NCBI GenBank assembly: GCA_024277435.1 | Contig: JAJRVJ010000009.1 | Span: 1,226 to 65,225, forward strand | From: Patescibacteria group bacterium | GTDB lineage: Bacteria; Patescibacteriota; Patescibacteriia; UBA9570 | Length of the DNA stretch: 64,000 nt | Direction of reading: 5' to 3' | Shown here: piece after piece, positions 53,713 through 64,000 of the stretch | How positions within the stretch are numbered: position 1 is the first letter of the stretch | Layout of the letters: every line of letters starts with the position of its first letter | Made by a program: the position numbers and the translations under genes | The notes under the pieces: model-generated | Seen by the model: only the letters and a program-made list of their open reading frames with translations | Databases searched by the model: none | Told to the model about the DNA's origin: nothing

Positions 53713-55266
53713 ATGAAAACAGATCGCCCAATTGTATTCATTGTACTCGATGGATGGGGTATTGGTACGGATGATGCGCATAATGCCATCTTTCAAGCCA
53801 ACACTCCTACAATTGATTACTTCCTAGCGAACTATCCAAATAAAGCCATTGGTGCAGCCGGACCACATATTGGATTACCAGATGGCCATCCCGGTTCAAC
53901 TGAAATGGGACATATGATTATGGGAGCTGGACGTGATTTATTATTACCACAAATGCAATTACTTAATGCTATTAGCACTGGGGAGCTTCGTAATAATAAA
54001 GCTATTGTTACGGCTATGAAAAAAGCGAAGCAAGGTAATGGTCGCCTGCATCTATTAGGGTTATTGTCAGACGGCGGAATTCACACATACGATACAGCTT
54101 GTCATGAATTGATGGCGATTGCAAAAGAATATGATATTCCTGAAGTATACGTTCATATCATTGGTGATGGTAGAGATGCACCACCTAAATCTATTTCAAA
54201 ATACGTACATGTACTACAAAATAAAATGGCAACCGTTGATAATGCTAAAGTAGCAAGCCTACAAGGCCGCTGGTGGGTAATGGATCGTGATCATCGGTGG
54301 GAACGAATTGAAGCTGCCTATAAATTAATGGTACTTGGTGAAGGCTTACATACAGCTCATACAATTAATGAAGCAATTGATGCAGCCTATACTCGCGGTG
54401 AGAGTGATGAATTTATTCAACCAACCGTTATTGATCCTAATGGTAACATGCGCGACGGTGATGTAGTAATTAACTTCAACTTTCGAATTGATCGCGAAAT
54501 TGAAATCACCCAGGCGCTCATTGAAGAAGATTTTACACATTTCGAACGTCGTGACTGGCCAAAACTACACTATGTTGGCATGAGTAAGTATTATGAGGAA
54601 ATGAAAGCTCCTACTGCACTGGAACGCATTGAGCTGAAAGCCAAAAATATTCTTGGAGAAGTATTAAGTGATCGTGGCTATAAACAACTACGGCTTACCG
54701 AAACCGAAAAATGGGTATATGTAACAAAAATATTTAATGTAATGCGGGAAGATCCATTTCCTGGCGAAGAACGCATTTTAATTCCTTCAGATAAAGTTGC
54801 TACATACGATTTAAAACCCGAAATGCAAGCTATGTCTATTGCTAAAGAAGCTGTGAAGCATTTAAACGCCAAAGCCTTCGATACGTATGTGATTAATTTT
54901 CCAAACGCAGACATGTTAGGGCATACAGGAAATCATGAAGCGGCTATGCGTGGGATAGAGGTAATTGATGCAGCACTTAATGTAATTTTTCAAGAACTTC
55001 AGCAACAGAATGGTATTATGATTATTACTGCCGACCATGGTGATGCAGAAGTAATGTGGGATGAAGAATGGAATAGCCCACATACCTTTCATACAGATTC
55101 ATATGTACCATTTATATTGATAGATGAGCAACGTAAGCACATGCAACTACGTGACGCAGGAGCGCTTAAAGATTGCGCACCAACTATTTTAGATTTACTT
55201 GGAGAAGAAATTCCAGAAGAAATGACTGGGACAAGCTTGCTTATTCAAGAGAAAAAAGAAGGCTAA
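53713..55266 (+). CDS. gpmI: 2,3-BPG-independent phosphoglycerate mutase (divergent)
   Basis: LDGWG, GLLSDGGIH, DGRD, MDRD, NFRIDR, ETEK, DMLGHTG, TADHG. Confidence 0.9.
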   Translation: MKTDRPIVFIVLDGWGIGTDDAHNAIFQANTPTIDYFLANYPNKAIGAAGPHIGLPDGHPGSTEMGHMIMGAGRDLLLPQMQLLNAISTGELRNNKAIVTAMKKAKQGNGRLHLLGLLSDGGIHTYDTACHELMAIAKEYDIPEVYVHIIGDGRDAPPKSISKYVHVLQNKMATVDNAKVASLQGRWWVMDRDHRWERIEAAYKLMVLGEGLHTAHTINEAIDAAYTRGESDEFIQPTVIDPNGNMRDGDVVINFNFRIDREIEITQALIEEDFTHFERRDWPKLHYVGMSKYYEEMKAPTALERIELKAKNILGEVLSDRGYKQLRLTETEKWVYVTKIFNVMREDPFPGEERILIPSDKVATYDLKPEMQAMSIAKEAVKHLNAKAFDTYVINFPNADMLGHTGNHEAAMRGIEVIDAALNVIFQELQQQNGIMIITADHGDAEVMWDEEWNSPHTFHTDSYVPFILIDEQRKHMQLRDAGALKDCAPTILDLLGEEIPEEMTGTSLLIQEKKEG

Positions 55267-55289
55267 TAACAACCTAATAAATCTATCAT

Positions 55290-55321
55290 AAAAACCCATG
55301 CTAAAATATGGGGGTTTTTTT
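55290..55321 (+). terminator. Terminator after gpmI
   Basis: aaaacccat...atgggggttttttt imperfect hairpin with a T-run. Confidence 0.55.
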
Positions 55322-55611
55322 GATATCTCAGATTACTACTATATACGCCCCTAGGCCATTAACGATATGGTTATTTTATAGTACACTCCCTGGTCATCTT
55401 AGGTAAGTTTCATAAGCACGCGTGACCAAATGATATCGTGCTCTTTTTCAACCGGGAGATTCCCCTCATGTGTACCGCTACTTCCAAGCGCTACTCTCTC
55501 TTCACTATCCTGCTCGGACTCTTCCGCATCCATAAGTATTTTATGCAATACTATTGTTATAGAGTATTTATGGATGTTGACAAAAAGTAGCAAATACATG
55601 ATTCTATATGC

Positions 55612-56352
55612 ATGATTGGTATATATGATTCAGGAATAGGTGGCTTAGGAATTTTCAAAAAAATCCGTGGAATTCTACCATATGAATCTATCACGTATTT
55701 TGCAGATTCTGCACATTTTCCTTTTGGCGATCGAGATAAAGATGAAATCCGATCAATTACACTTACCGCTTTACAGAAACTAGAACAAACCTGTGACGTT
55801 ATTATTATTGCCTGCAATACTGCTTCAGTGAACGATATCGATTACTATCGCAACAATATTACAGCGCCAATCATCGCTGTTGTACCCGTAATTAAAACTG
55901 CAGCTCATGTAACCGATACAAATCATATTGCTTTACTGGCAACTACATCAACCAATTCGGCATCATACACCGATAATCTCATTCAACAATTTGCTAATAC
56001 TGTAACTGTAGAAAAAATTAGCTGCTCCGGATTAGCGGATGCAGTTGAATATGATGATGTGAACAAACAACGTTTACTACTTGAAGATGCGCTTAAAAAC
56101 TTAGGTGATATTGATGTGATTGTGCTCGGCTGTACTCACTACACATTAATTAAAGGCTTGATTCAAAACATCGCTGGGCCAGAGGTAAAAATCCTTGATT
56201 CCAATACAGCAGTCGCCCGCCACGCATTACGAATTATGCATGAAACCAATGTTGAGCAACCACAAAATACTCCAGAATACATATTTCTAAGTAGTAATAC
56301 AGATGATGCTAGCTATCGAGAACGCATCACTGCAATTCTTCAAACATTATAA
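55612..56352 (+). CDS. murI: Glutamate racemase
   Basis: IGIYDSGIGGL, ACNTAS, LGCTHY. Confidence 0.95.
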   Translation: MIGIYDSGIGGLGIFKKIRGILPYESITYFADSAHFPFGDRDKDEIRSITLTALQKLEQTCDVIIIACNTASVNDIDYYRNNITAPIIAVVPVIKTAAHVTDTNHIALLATTSTNSASYTDNLIQQFANTVTVEKISCSGLADAVEYDDVNKQRLLLEDALKNLGDIDVIVLGCTHYTLIKGLIQNIAGPEVKILDSNTAVARHALRIMHETNVEQPQNTPEYIFLSSNTDDASYRERITAILQTL

Positions 56353-57639
56353 CGCCTTTACCAGCTTCACAAACTGTTTACCACGTGCAAACTCGTTCAT
56401 ATGCGGTAACCATGTAACACCTGGAGATAGTAAAATAATATCTCCTTTTTTAGATACTTCCCAAGCCTGCTGAACAGCATCTTTCATATCAATAGTAAGT
56501 GTACCTTCTGGAAATTGATCATTTGCATTACCGGGCTGTAGTAAGAACAAATGTTTCACGCTCTTCTCAATTTCTTTACGCAATTCACCTAATGGAAGCT
56601 GTTTGGAATTACCACCAGCTATTAAAATTACTTTCTTTTTAAATGAACGTAGTGCAGCAATGGCTGCATCAGGAGTAGTAGCGGTAGTATCATTATAAAA
56701 CTCTCGGCCTTTGTATGTACGAATCAATTCTAAACGATCTGGCACGCCTGCAAAATTTCTAATCACTTTCTTCATCTTTGCATCGGAAACACCCATTTGT
56801 TTACCTACCTCATATGCCGCAGCCACATTACTATGGTTGTGCTCACCCCGCAACTTCATATTCTTCACCTTCTTTTTCGCAAACATAATCACTTCAGCCG
56901 TGGTTAATGTAACCATCTTCTTTACCACCTCATCATTAGTATTAAGAATTGCTATATCATTATAGGTTTGCCCTAAGAAAATGCGCTCCTTATCTTTACG
57001 ATATGCCGCCATGCTTGGATACGCATTCATATGATCCTTCAAGAAGTTAGTAAACAGAGCAATATGAAAGGATGGATTCTGCAAATCTCGGAGCAACCAA
57101 CTTGATAGCTCCAATACAATAATATGACCAGATCGTACTTTCGATAAAAACTTCAACGGTGATACACCAATATTACCACCAACATGTACGGCATCTTTCC
57201 CATAATGTGCGCGCAAAATCTCACCAGTTAACGCTGTAGCAGTACTTTTCCCACGCGTACCAGTGATAGCGATAATTGGCACTTCCATGGAAGAATATTT
57301 TTTACGTAGTTCATTAATGAATATTCCAACATCATTTGTAATTGGCTTTTTGAGTTTATGCGCTAATTGTATATATTCTGATGAGTCAGGTACACCCGGA
57401 TTACGCACAATTAAACGCGCAGATCGAATATCAGATTTGCGATGCCTCCCTAATACCAATTCTACATTCTTATACTTTTTGAGTTTACGCAAGGTTGGTT
57501 GATGTAATTGATCAGCTGTTTTACTATCCGTAATAACAACTTTTTCTCCTTGCCTCTTTTGGCTTTGCCGAGCAAACCACAAAGCCGCTACTGTACCACT
57601 ACCCGTTGGATAACTACCTAAGCCAAAAATGAGAACCAT
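56347..57639 (-). CDS. murD: UDP-MurNAc-L-Ala--D-Glu ligase
   Basis: ITGTRGKST, GGNIG, LELSSWLL, DHMNAY, FYNDTTAT, LIAGG, LSPG. Confidence 0.92.
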   Translation of the reverse strand: MVLIFGLGSYPTGSGTVAALWFARQSQKRQGEKVVITDSKTADQLHQPTLRKLKKYKNVELVLGRHRKSDIRSARLIVRNPGVPDSSEYIQLAHKLKKPITNDVGIFINELRKKYSSMEVPIIAITGTRGKSTATALTGEILRAHYGKDAVHVGGNIGVSPLKFLSKVRSGHIIVLELSSWLLRDLQNPSFHIALFTNFLKDHMNAYPSMAAYRKDKERIFLGQTYNDIAILNTNDEVVKKMVTLTTAEVIMFAKKKVKNMKLRGEHNHSNVAAAYEVGKQMGVSDAKMKKVIRNFAGVPDRLELIRTYKGREFYNDTTATTPDAAIAALRSFKKKVILIAGGNSKQLPLGELRKEIEKSVKHLFLLQPGNANDQFPEGTLTIDMKDAVQQAWEVSKKGDIILLSPGVTWLPHMNEFARGKQFVKLVKAL

Positions 57640-57654
57640 AGTTATTCCCGATAA

Positions 57655-58638
57655 TTATATTACCCCTAACTTAGTTTTAACGTCATCAAGTGTTATTTGC
57701 GCAACAGTACTAGCCTTCTCTTTTCCAGCCTCAAGGATTTTTTGTAATTCTGCTGGATGATCAATAAGCTCATTATACTTTTCCTGAATTGGCCTTAAGA
57801 ATTCAATAATTGCTTCAGCTAATTCTTTCTTGAACCTACCATAACCTTGTCCAACATATAGTTGTTCAATTTCACCAATGGATTTAGCAGTAACAGCTGT
57901 ATAGATCGTAAGTAAATTTGTGAGAGCCGGTTTATCTGCAACCGCCTTAACCTCATCTCCAGAATCCGTAACTGCTCGCTTCACCTTTTTCATTACAACA
58001 TCTGGTGGGTCGATAAGTGAAATATAACCACGCTCAGTAGTTGCAGATTTACTCATTTTCTTTGTAGGATCATCTAAACTCATAATACGAGCGCCTTGCT
58101 TTGGATGCAGTACATCTGGAATACGAAATGTTTCACCATACCGTTGATTAAACCGCTCAGCAATATTGCGCGTTAGCTCTACATGCTGCTTTTGATCTTC
58201 CCCTACGGGCACCAAATGTGGTTGATACAATAAAATGTCAGCGGCCATCAACACCGGGTATGTAAATAATCCTACCGTAGAACGTTGCTTATGTTTAGCC
58301 TTCTTATCTTTATATTGCGTCATGCGCTCCAACTCACCCATATGAGAAAAACAATTCAATATCCACGCCAACTCGGTATGGGCTGATACATCAGATTGTT
58401 TAAACAATGTCACTTTATTTGGATCTAATCCAATAGCCACATACATTGCAGCTAACTGATGAATATTATCGTACAAATCCTGCGGATCTTGCGGAACAGT
58501 AATTGCATGATAATCCACAATGCAAAAAAATGCATCAGAAGAATCTTGCAAATCCTTCCATTGCCGAATGGCTCCAATATAATTACCTAAATGTAGGGCA
58601 CCACTAGGTTGGATGCCTGATAAAATTCGTTGTTTCAT
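57655..58638 (-). CDS. trpS: Tryptophan--tRNA ligase
   Basis: SGIQPSG, HLGNY, YPVLMAADIL, GEDQKQH, KMSKS. Start ATG 58638. Confidence 0.98.
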   Translation of the reverse strand: MKQRILSGIQPSGALHLGNYIGAIRQWKDLQDSSDAFFCIVDYHAITVPQDPQDLYDNIHQLAAMYVAIGLDPNKVTLFKQSDVSAHTELAWILNCFSHMGELERMTQYKDKKAKHKQRSTVGLFTYPVLMAADILLYQPHLVPVGEDQKQHVELTRNIAERFNQRYGETFRIPDVLHPKQGARIMSLDDPTKKMSKSATTERGYISLIDPPDVVMKKVKRAVTDSGDEVKAVADKPALTNLLTIYTAVTAKSIGEIEQLYVGQGYGRFKKELAEAIIEFLRPIQEKYNELIDHPAELQKILEAGKEKASTVAQITLDDVKTKLGVI

Positions 58639-58661
58639 AGTGTACAGTATATCACATTCCA

Positions 58662-59303
58662 CTATACAAGCGGATCGGTACTAAACCCTTGCATATTATG
58701 TCGTAACTGCAGCGTAATTGCAAATAACAAACTTACTATAGCTATACCTGTTGATAATAAAAATATCCAGGTTGAATTAGACAGCGCCTCTTCTTGAGTA
58801 ACCTCAAATTGAGCGACTACTTCTTCATCACTACGCACTCCATTATATATGGTTTGCACATATGCTTCATACATACCATGATCTAGTTCATCAACAGGAA
58901 CCTCCACACTCCACACTCCATCTATATTTGCAGTTGTTGAAGTACGTATATAACTATTTGGGATAAGAATTGTTACCGCAGTACCTGGTTGCAATGCCTC
59001 TCCAGAAAAATAGATTACTGTTTCTTGATCCTTCTCTAAAAAACTATCTAATCCAATATATTGAATGGTATTTAATCGAACCGTATTATTAACAACCTCC
59101 TTTTGAGCAATGACAATATCATTTTGCTTAGCTTGAACGCTCATGTTAGGAATAATTTCTTGTTGCAAAATACGATTAGCCTCTTGTAGATCATTAACAG
59201 AAACTACTTGATATTCTTGGGTAGCAAAACCAACACTAGGCAATAATACGCTAAGTGCAATATATATTCCTATTATATATTTTAAATTTGCATTAATTTG
59301 CAT
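58662..59303 (-). CDS. Exported Ig-like-domain protein with C-terminal TM anchor
   Basis: Signal peptide, FSGEA.PG..V.I...DGVWSV Ig-like segment and LSNSTW-TM-LQLR tail. Confidence 0.75.
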   Translation of the reverse strand: MQINANLKYIIGIYIALSVLLPSVGFATQEYQVVSVNDLQEANRILQQEIIPNMSVQAKQNDIVIAQKEVVNNTVRLNTIQYIGLDSFLEKDQETVIYFSGEALQPGTAVTILIPNSYIRTSTTANIDGVWSVEVPVDELDHGMYEAYVQTIYNGVRSDEEVVAQFEVTQEEALSNSTWIFLLSTGIAIVSLLFAITLQLRHNMQGFSTDPLV

Positions 59304-62300
59304 TGGAAATTTCTTGAAGTGAGCGAGTTCGTTGTTTTCGAAGTTGTAAAATAATCGATACCATCAAGGCTATCAACGCTACAATAATATTAATAATCAC
59401 TAACCATGTTGTATTCGATAGTCGCGTCTCTTCTTCAATAACAAACCGAGCTATCTCCACTTGATCTCCCTGTACACCATTTATTTGACTAGCTACATGA
59501 ACTGTATGCTCACCTTCTACAAGTAAGTTTGTTGGTAGCGTCATCTGCCAAGCGCCATCAGATGCTTGCGCAATTTGTACAATAGGATCGGAAAATACTG
59601 TAGTAGTAATTAATGCTGGTAGTTGTTTTAAAAATAATGGCTTCACATTCTCTTGTAGTGACGGCAATACACCAGCCAATACAATTGAAGTATCTTGATC
59701 TTGATTAGGCTGCGGCTTTCTTAATACCCAAGCCACGATATCAGCAATGGTAATTGTACGTTGAATAGTTACCACAGGGATATCATCATCACTAACCGTT
59801 GCATTCGCACCAACGTTGATTGAAAATAATGTTTCACGCATATCCAATGTTAGGCCGCCTTGGAAGAAAAATGACTGCAATTCAGATAGTGCAATAACTG
59901 GCTCTGTAAGGGCATATGTCGTTGGCTCTTCTGTACCAGTTGCGTCGTATGTTGAGGAAGCGGTATCTTGGGCAGTATCTTGCGCTGAGTTCACATCAAT
60001 TTCAATGGATAAATCACCATCCAATTGATCAATAATTCCATCATTATCGGTATCACTAGTTGTAGGATCTGTACCTAACGTATCTTCAACGGCATCAAGT
60101 AAGCCATCATCATCAGAATCCTTATCATTAGGATCTGAGCCCTTATCAACCTCTTCACCATCCGATAATTCATCATCATCACTATCCTCATCTACTGGAT
60201 CAGTACCAGCTTCTGATTCTTCATTATCATCTAGGCCATCACCGTCGGTGTCGGCATCTGTAGGATTAGTACCAGCTGCTAGCTCATCTGCATCATTAAT
60301 ACCATCACCATCGGTGTCGGCGTTAGTAGGATCAGTTCCTAAACTAAGCTCATCTGCATCATTAATACCATCACCATCGGTGTCGACTGATAATGGATTT
60401 GTACCAAGTAAAACTTCATCACTATCAGAAATACCATCACCATCGGTGTCGGCGTTAGTAGGATCAGTTCCTAATTCATCTTCTTGATCTCCGCCAATCC
60501 AATCATCGTCTTCATCATCTTCTCCTGGGTTATCAATTTCCTCCTCAATACCGTCAGAAATACCATCTCCATCACTATCAGCATTTGTTGGATCTGTTCC
60601 TGCATCTTGCTCATCGCTATCAGAAATACCATCACCGTCGGTGTCGGCATCTGTAGGATTAGTACCAGCTGCTAGCTCGTCGCCATCGGAAATACCATCA
60701 TTATCGCTGTCCATCGCTAACGGATTACTGAGCGCAATAACTTCATCACCATCCGAGATGCCATCGCTATCGCTATCAGTATTAGTAGGATCGGTTCCTA
60801 AATCTACTTCTTCACCATCAGTAAGTCCATCGCCATCGGTGTCGGCATTAGTAGAATCGGTACTATATAATGGCTCATCATAATCACTTAACCCATCATC
60901 ATCAGCGTCATCATCAATTGGGCTAGGATCTTCACCATCGGGTATTCCATCGCCATCAGAATCATTACTCCCTGGCTCAGTCCCTAATATAATTTCTAAA
61001 CCATCACCCAAACCATCGTTATCTGTATCGGCATTTACAGGATCGGTACCATTTTGTATTTCCTGACCATCAGTAATACCATCACCATCAGAATCACTTT
61101 GATTAACATCTGTGCCAAGATCCCGCTCTATATCATCATCTACACCATCATTATCGGCATCAGTATCGGTAACATCTGGAATACCATCACTATCAGTATC
61201 GGGCAAGTCACTACTATCATCAACATCAACTAGCTCTATAACCACACCCGGATCATCATCTTCACCGTCATTAATACCATCATTATCAGTATCAGGATTA
61301 TCTGGTAATGTACCTTGATTAATTTCCTCTTGATCACTCACACCATCACCGTCGGTGTCGGCGTTAGTAGGATCAGTACCCAAGTCTTGCTCTTCTTGAT
61401 CTGTTAAACCATCATTATCAGAATCAATATCTGTATCATCAACGGGAGCGTCGTCAATAACCGGCGTATCATCAACTTGATCGCTAGCGTCTGTTGCGTC
61501 ATCTGTATCAGTTGCATCGTCTACCTGACCATCAACATCATCAGTGGTATCAATAGCATCCACTGGAAGTGTACTTACTACTGGCGCTGGTTTATATGTA
61601 ATAATACTTAATGATGTAAAAACAGATTTAAATAAATTTGGACTAATGCCTCGTAAATAAAACTGCTGTGTGCCTGTACTTGTTCCAATATATTGATTCA
61701 AATTAATAGTTGCGCCATTATTTACCGATACTCTTTCAAACAATAGTTGTTTATTCTTATCAAACAACTGAATCAGATAATCATTAGGAGCTGCAACAGT
61801 TAAATTAATCGTACTATCTAATGAATGACGTGAACCCTCTTCTGGAGCAATGATGCCTGGTTGCACTGGTTTATGAATTGACCATACTTTGACCTTATAA
61901 TCTTGAATTACCTTACCCTTACCACCAGTTTCTTTAATGGTTAATTCCACTGGCCCTTTGGGCCATGGGAATAATGTGAATTTATTACTACCCGAAATCA
62001 CACCTTGTCCCGTATTATCAGTTGGCCCCTCTAATGTATATGGGCCACCAAGAAAATCAGCGGACATTGTTAGCGTACTGCCCGGATTATACTTAAGGTA
62101 TGCCAATGTTGGATTTTTTGCAGTAGTAACACGCTGGCCACTACGCTGATCTAATGAAAGTACATTACTCACTCCATCCGCTACAATCATTTCCAGAGTG
62201 TTAGTAACATTTTTGCCATTAGTAGCTTTAATCTCTAAATCATACACCCCAGCCCCCACAAAAAATGGCATGGCACACGATGCTAGATTACTCGCATCAA

Positions 62301-63999
62301 TACTTCCATTACAACTTACAGCCACTGCGCCAGATTTTTGATTTAATATATTGAATACAATTTTTGCTCCTTGTTGCATGGTTGGTACATATGCAATGAA
62401 TTCTTCAGGTACACTATTCAAAATTATTGCATCACCAAATTGTGGATTCGGAAACACTAATTGAGCCGCCTGATGTTTCGCTGTAAATGTAAAACGCTTC
62501 TTTAAAGCAACATTCTTTTTTGCATTATTTGGATTTGTTAACCCAGTAGAAACCGCATACGATTTACCAAGTTCAAGCTGCTTTTTCTTTACAACGAAAT
62601 CAACTTGCTTCTTTTTATCTGCAGCTTTCTTCTTATTTACAATCTGCTTACCAACTTTATCTGTTTTCTTCTTATAGTTATTTACTACAAACTGAACGAT
62701 ATTACCTTCATCAACGCCCTCCAATTCAAATGTAAGCTTTTCGTTCGGAAGATCAATATGCACGTTATCACCACCTTCAACTTTTGCATTTGCGGTATTG
62801 CCAGTAATTGTAAAATTATTAATACTCTCCTCCGTATCACTTAATGTTGTAACTGTCTGATCAGCTGAAGTACGAGCATTACCATTTGCATCAGTGACTG
62901 TAACTTGATAGTGATACTGCGTACCAGCTGTTAAGCCCTTAAAGGTATGTGTATGTACTTTTTGTAAATTAGTATATGATGCGGCTTTGCCATAGTTAGT
63001 AGTTTCACCCATGTGAATTACCACTGTACTATTTTCATCGGTTTGCACACTAGCTGTAAAAGCACTCGCTGTTATATTAGTTGCTGTTAAGCTTTGAATT
63101 ACCGGCGCCGCGGTATCCTGTACCTCCTCTTCTTGAGCTACATCAGTAGCAAAATTACGAACACTATCGGTAAAAATCCCACTAACTCTATCACCATCCT
63201 TAAACAACACAATCATATAATAATATGTAGTTTCTGTGGTAAGACCTGTTATTTCCACTGCAAAATCGTTAGTTACCTCTGTTACTTGAACAAAATCTGT
63301 TTGTTTATTTTCAACGGCTGCTTGATCGGTACCATAATACACATCAGCCGTACCAGAGGCTTGGCCAGTTAACCATGTAATAGTTGCTGTAGTATCTGTA
63401 GTTGCAACCTCCAGATTGGTAATAGGATCATCATCCTGAGATTTTTGTGTAACAGTAAATTCTGATGAATTACCACCTGAAGTTTGCATTACCGCCACAG
63501 CTGATGCATCACCTAATTTTACGTCAGTTAATGTAAATTTCCCATCACCATCAGCCGTAACAGTACCAATATAATTTAAATTATCCTCAACCTCTGGATA
63601 CGCATATACATCAATCGTTGCATTAAATTCCGCTGCACCTTGCACAGTAGAGCTAGTATAATTCACCTCTGGCACAGTTAAGCTATCTTGCGCACCAGTA
63701 AAAATTGAAAAAATGTCATCGGTACCATTTTTATCATACATATTCTTCCTCCATTGATTTTGACGAGACGTAGCATCTCGCACAGCGATTCCTACTCTAG
63801 TATTGCCTACAATAGTATTTTGCGCTCGATCTGTTACTACTGTAGAACCAATTTCATTACCAATTGAACCATTATTAAGCATTACACCAGTTTGATTTAC
63901 TTCAATAACATTACCAGATACAATAGTATTTGATACCTCATCTAGTTGAATTCCTGATTGGGCGTTATACGATATTGTATTATATGTAATACGATTATT
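59293..63999 (-). CDS. Giant surface protein (5' end beyond window): beta-helix, FN3-like domains, Ca-binding TSP3-like repeats, Ig-like domain, C-terminal TM
   Basis: Frame is open to the window edge (NNRITYNTISYNAQSGIQL...). FN3 motifs ATITW, ITGLTTETTYYY and LTAGTQYHY; DxDxDG repeats. Confidence 0.88.
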   Translation of the reverse strand, partial: NNRITYNTISYNAQSGIQLDEVSNTIVSGNVIEVNQTGVMLNNGSIGNEIGSTVVTDRAQNTIVGNTRVGIAVRDATSRQNQWRKNMYDKNGTDDIFSIFTGAQDSLTVPEVNYTSSTVQGAAEFNATIDVYAYPEVEDNLNYIGTVTADGDGKFTLTDVKLGDASAVAVMQTSGGNSSEFTVTQKSQDDDPITNLEVATTDTTATITWLTGQASGTADVYYGTDQAAVENKQTDFVQVTEVTNDFAVEITGLTTETTYYYMIVLFKDGDRVSGIFTDSVRNFATDVAQEEEVQDTAAPVIQSLTATNITASAFTASVQTDENSTVVIHMGETTNYGKAASYTNLQKVHTHTFKGLTAGTQYHYQVTVTDANGNARTSADQTVTTLSDTEESINNFTITGNTANAKVEGGDNVHIDLPNEKLTFELEGVDEGNIVQFVVNNYKKKTDKVGKQIVNKKKAADKKKQVDFVVKKKQLELGKSYAVSTGLTNPNNAKKNVALKKRFTFTAKHQAAQLVFPNPQFGDAIILNSVPEEFIAYVPTMQQGAKIVFNILNQKSGAVAVSCNGSIDASNLASCAMPFFVGAGVYDLEIKATNGKNVTNTLEMIVADGVSNVLSLDQRSGQRVTTAKNPTLAYLKYNPGSTLTMSADFLGGPYTLEGPTDNTGQGVISGSNKFTLFPWPKGPVELTIKETGGKGKVIQDYKVKVWSIHKPVQPGIIAPEEGSRHSLDSTINLTVAAPNDYLIQLFDKNKQLLFERVSVNNGATINLNQYIGTSTGTQQFYLRGISPNLFKSVFTSLSIITYKPAPVVSTLPVDAIDTTDDVDGQVDDATDTDDATDASDQVDDTPVIDDAPVDDTDIDSDNDGLTDQEEQDLGTDPTNADTDGDGVSDQEEINQGTLPDNPDTDNDGINDGEDDDPGVVIELVDVDDSSDLPDTDSDGIPDVTDTDADNDGVDDDIERDLGTDVNQSDSDGDGITDGQEIQNGTDPVNADTDNDGLGDGLEIILGTEPGSNDSDGDGIPDGEDPSPIDDDADDDGLSDYDEPLYSTDSTNADTDGDGLTDGEEVDLGTDPTNTDSDSDGISDGDEVIALSNPLAMDSDNDGISDGDELAAGTNPTDADTDGDGISDSDEQDAGTDPTNADSDGDGISDGIEEEIDNPGEDDEDDDWIGGDQEDELGTDPTNADTDGDGISDSDEVLLGTNPLSVDTDGDGINDADELSLGTDPTNADTDGDGINDADELAAGTNPTDADTDGDGLDDNEESEAGTDPVDEDSDDDELSDGEEVDKGSDPNDKDSDDDGLLDAVEDTLGTDPTTSDTDNDGIIDQLDGDLSIEIDVNSAQDTAQDTASSTYDATGTEEPTTYALTEPVIALSELQSFFFQGGLTLDMRETLFSINVGANATVSDDDIPVVTIQRTITIADIVAWVLRKPQPNQDQDTSIVLAGVLPSLQENVKPLFLKQLPALITTTVFSDPIVQIAQASDGAWQMTLPTNLLVEGEHTVHVASQINGVQGDQVEIARFVIEEETRLSNTTWLVIINIIVALIALMVSIILQLRKQRTRSLQEISNAN
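60013..61425 (-). repeat. About 22 tandem bacterial TSP3-like acidic repeats (~22 aa / 66 bp unit)
   Basis: Consensus DTDGDGIxDxxExxxGTDPTNA, with near-identical DNA copies (e.g. ~60237 vs ~60630 and ~60302 vs ~60435). Confidence 0.9.
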
Positions 64000-64000
64000 G

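Noticed and set aside
55399-55599. 66-aa minus-strand ORF
   Set aside because: No recognisable motif and it overlaps the murI upstream region; possibly a remnant but unsupported.
60013-61425. CRISPR array (about 66-bp periodicity)
   Set aside because: The repeats are degenerate at codon third positions, lie in an open frame encoding DxDxDG units, and no cas genes are present.

Overview
AT-rich, gene-dense bacterial chromosome segment read with genetic code 11. Gene content and motifs point to Patescibacteria/CPR (inference): S6 with a long acidic tail, EF-P with an Arg tip, TrmB-like regulators, Elp3 and few Shine-Dalgarno sites. From left to right it holds ppsA (truncated), an esterase, pyk, the rpsF-ssb-rpsR-efp operon, a split two-component system, a TrmB-like regulator and a metK-adenosine kinase-ahcY operon with a structured leader. 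A ~26 kb glycosylation locus follows (GT2/GT4, asnB, three tandem ArnT/PMT-like GT-C enzymes, gmd-colD-fcl/colC, EamA-type flippase, Wzx). After it come a Trm11-like methylase, ychF, glyA, elp3 with a Trm9-like methylase, PMM/PGM, gpmI, murI, murD, trpS and a giant surface protein with Ca-binding repeats (truncated). Best leads: (1) an SAH-riboswitch-like pseudoknot leader upstream of metK; (2) an Elp3+Trm9(+Trm11) archaeal/eukaryote-type tRNA modification set; (3) a GDP-colitose pathway coupled to a lipid-carrier GT-C transfer system; (4) a shared LSNxTW-TM-LQLR C-terminal anchor. Several pseudogenes are present. No rRNA, tRNA, CRISPR array or intact mobile element was recognised. All calls come from manual motif reading; no searches were run.
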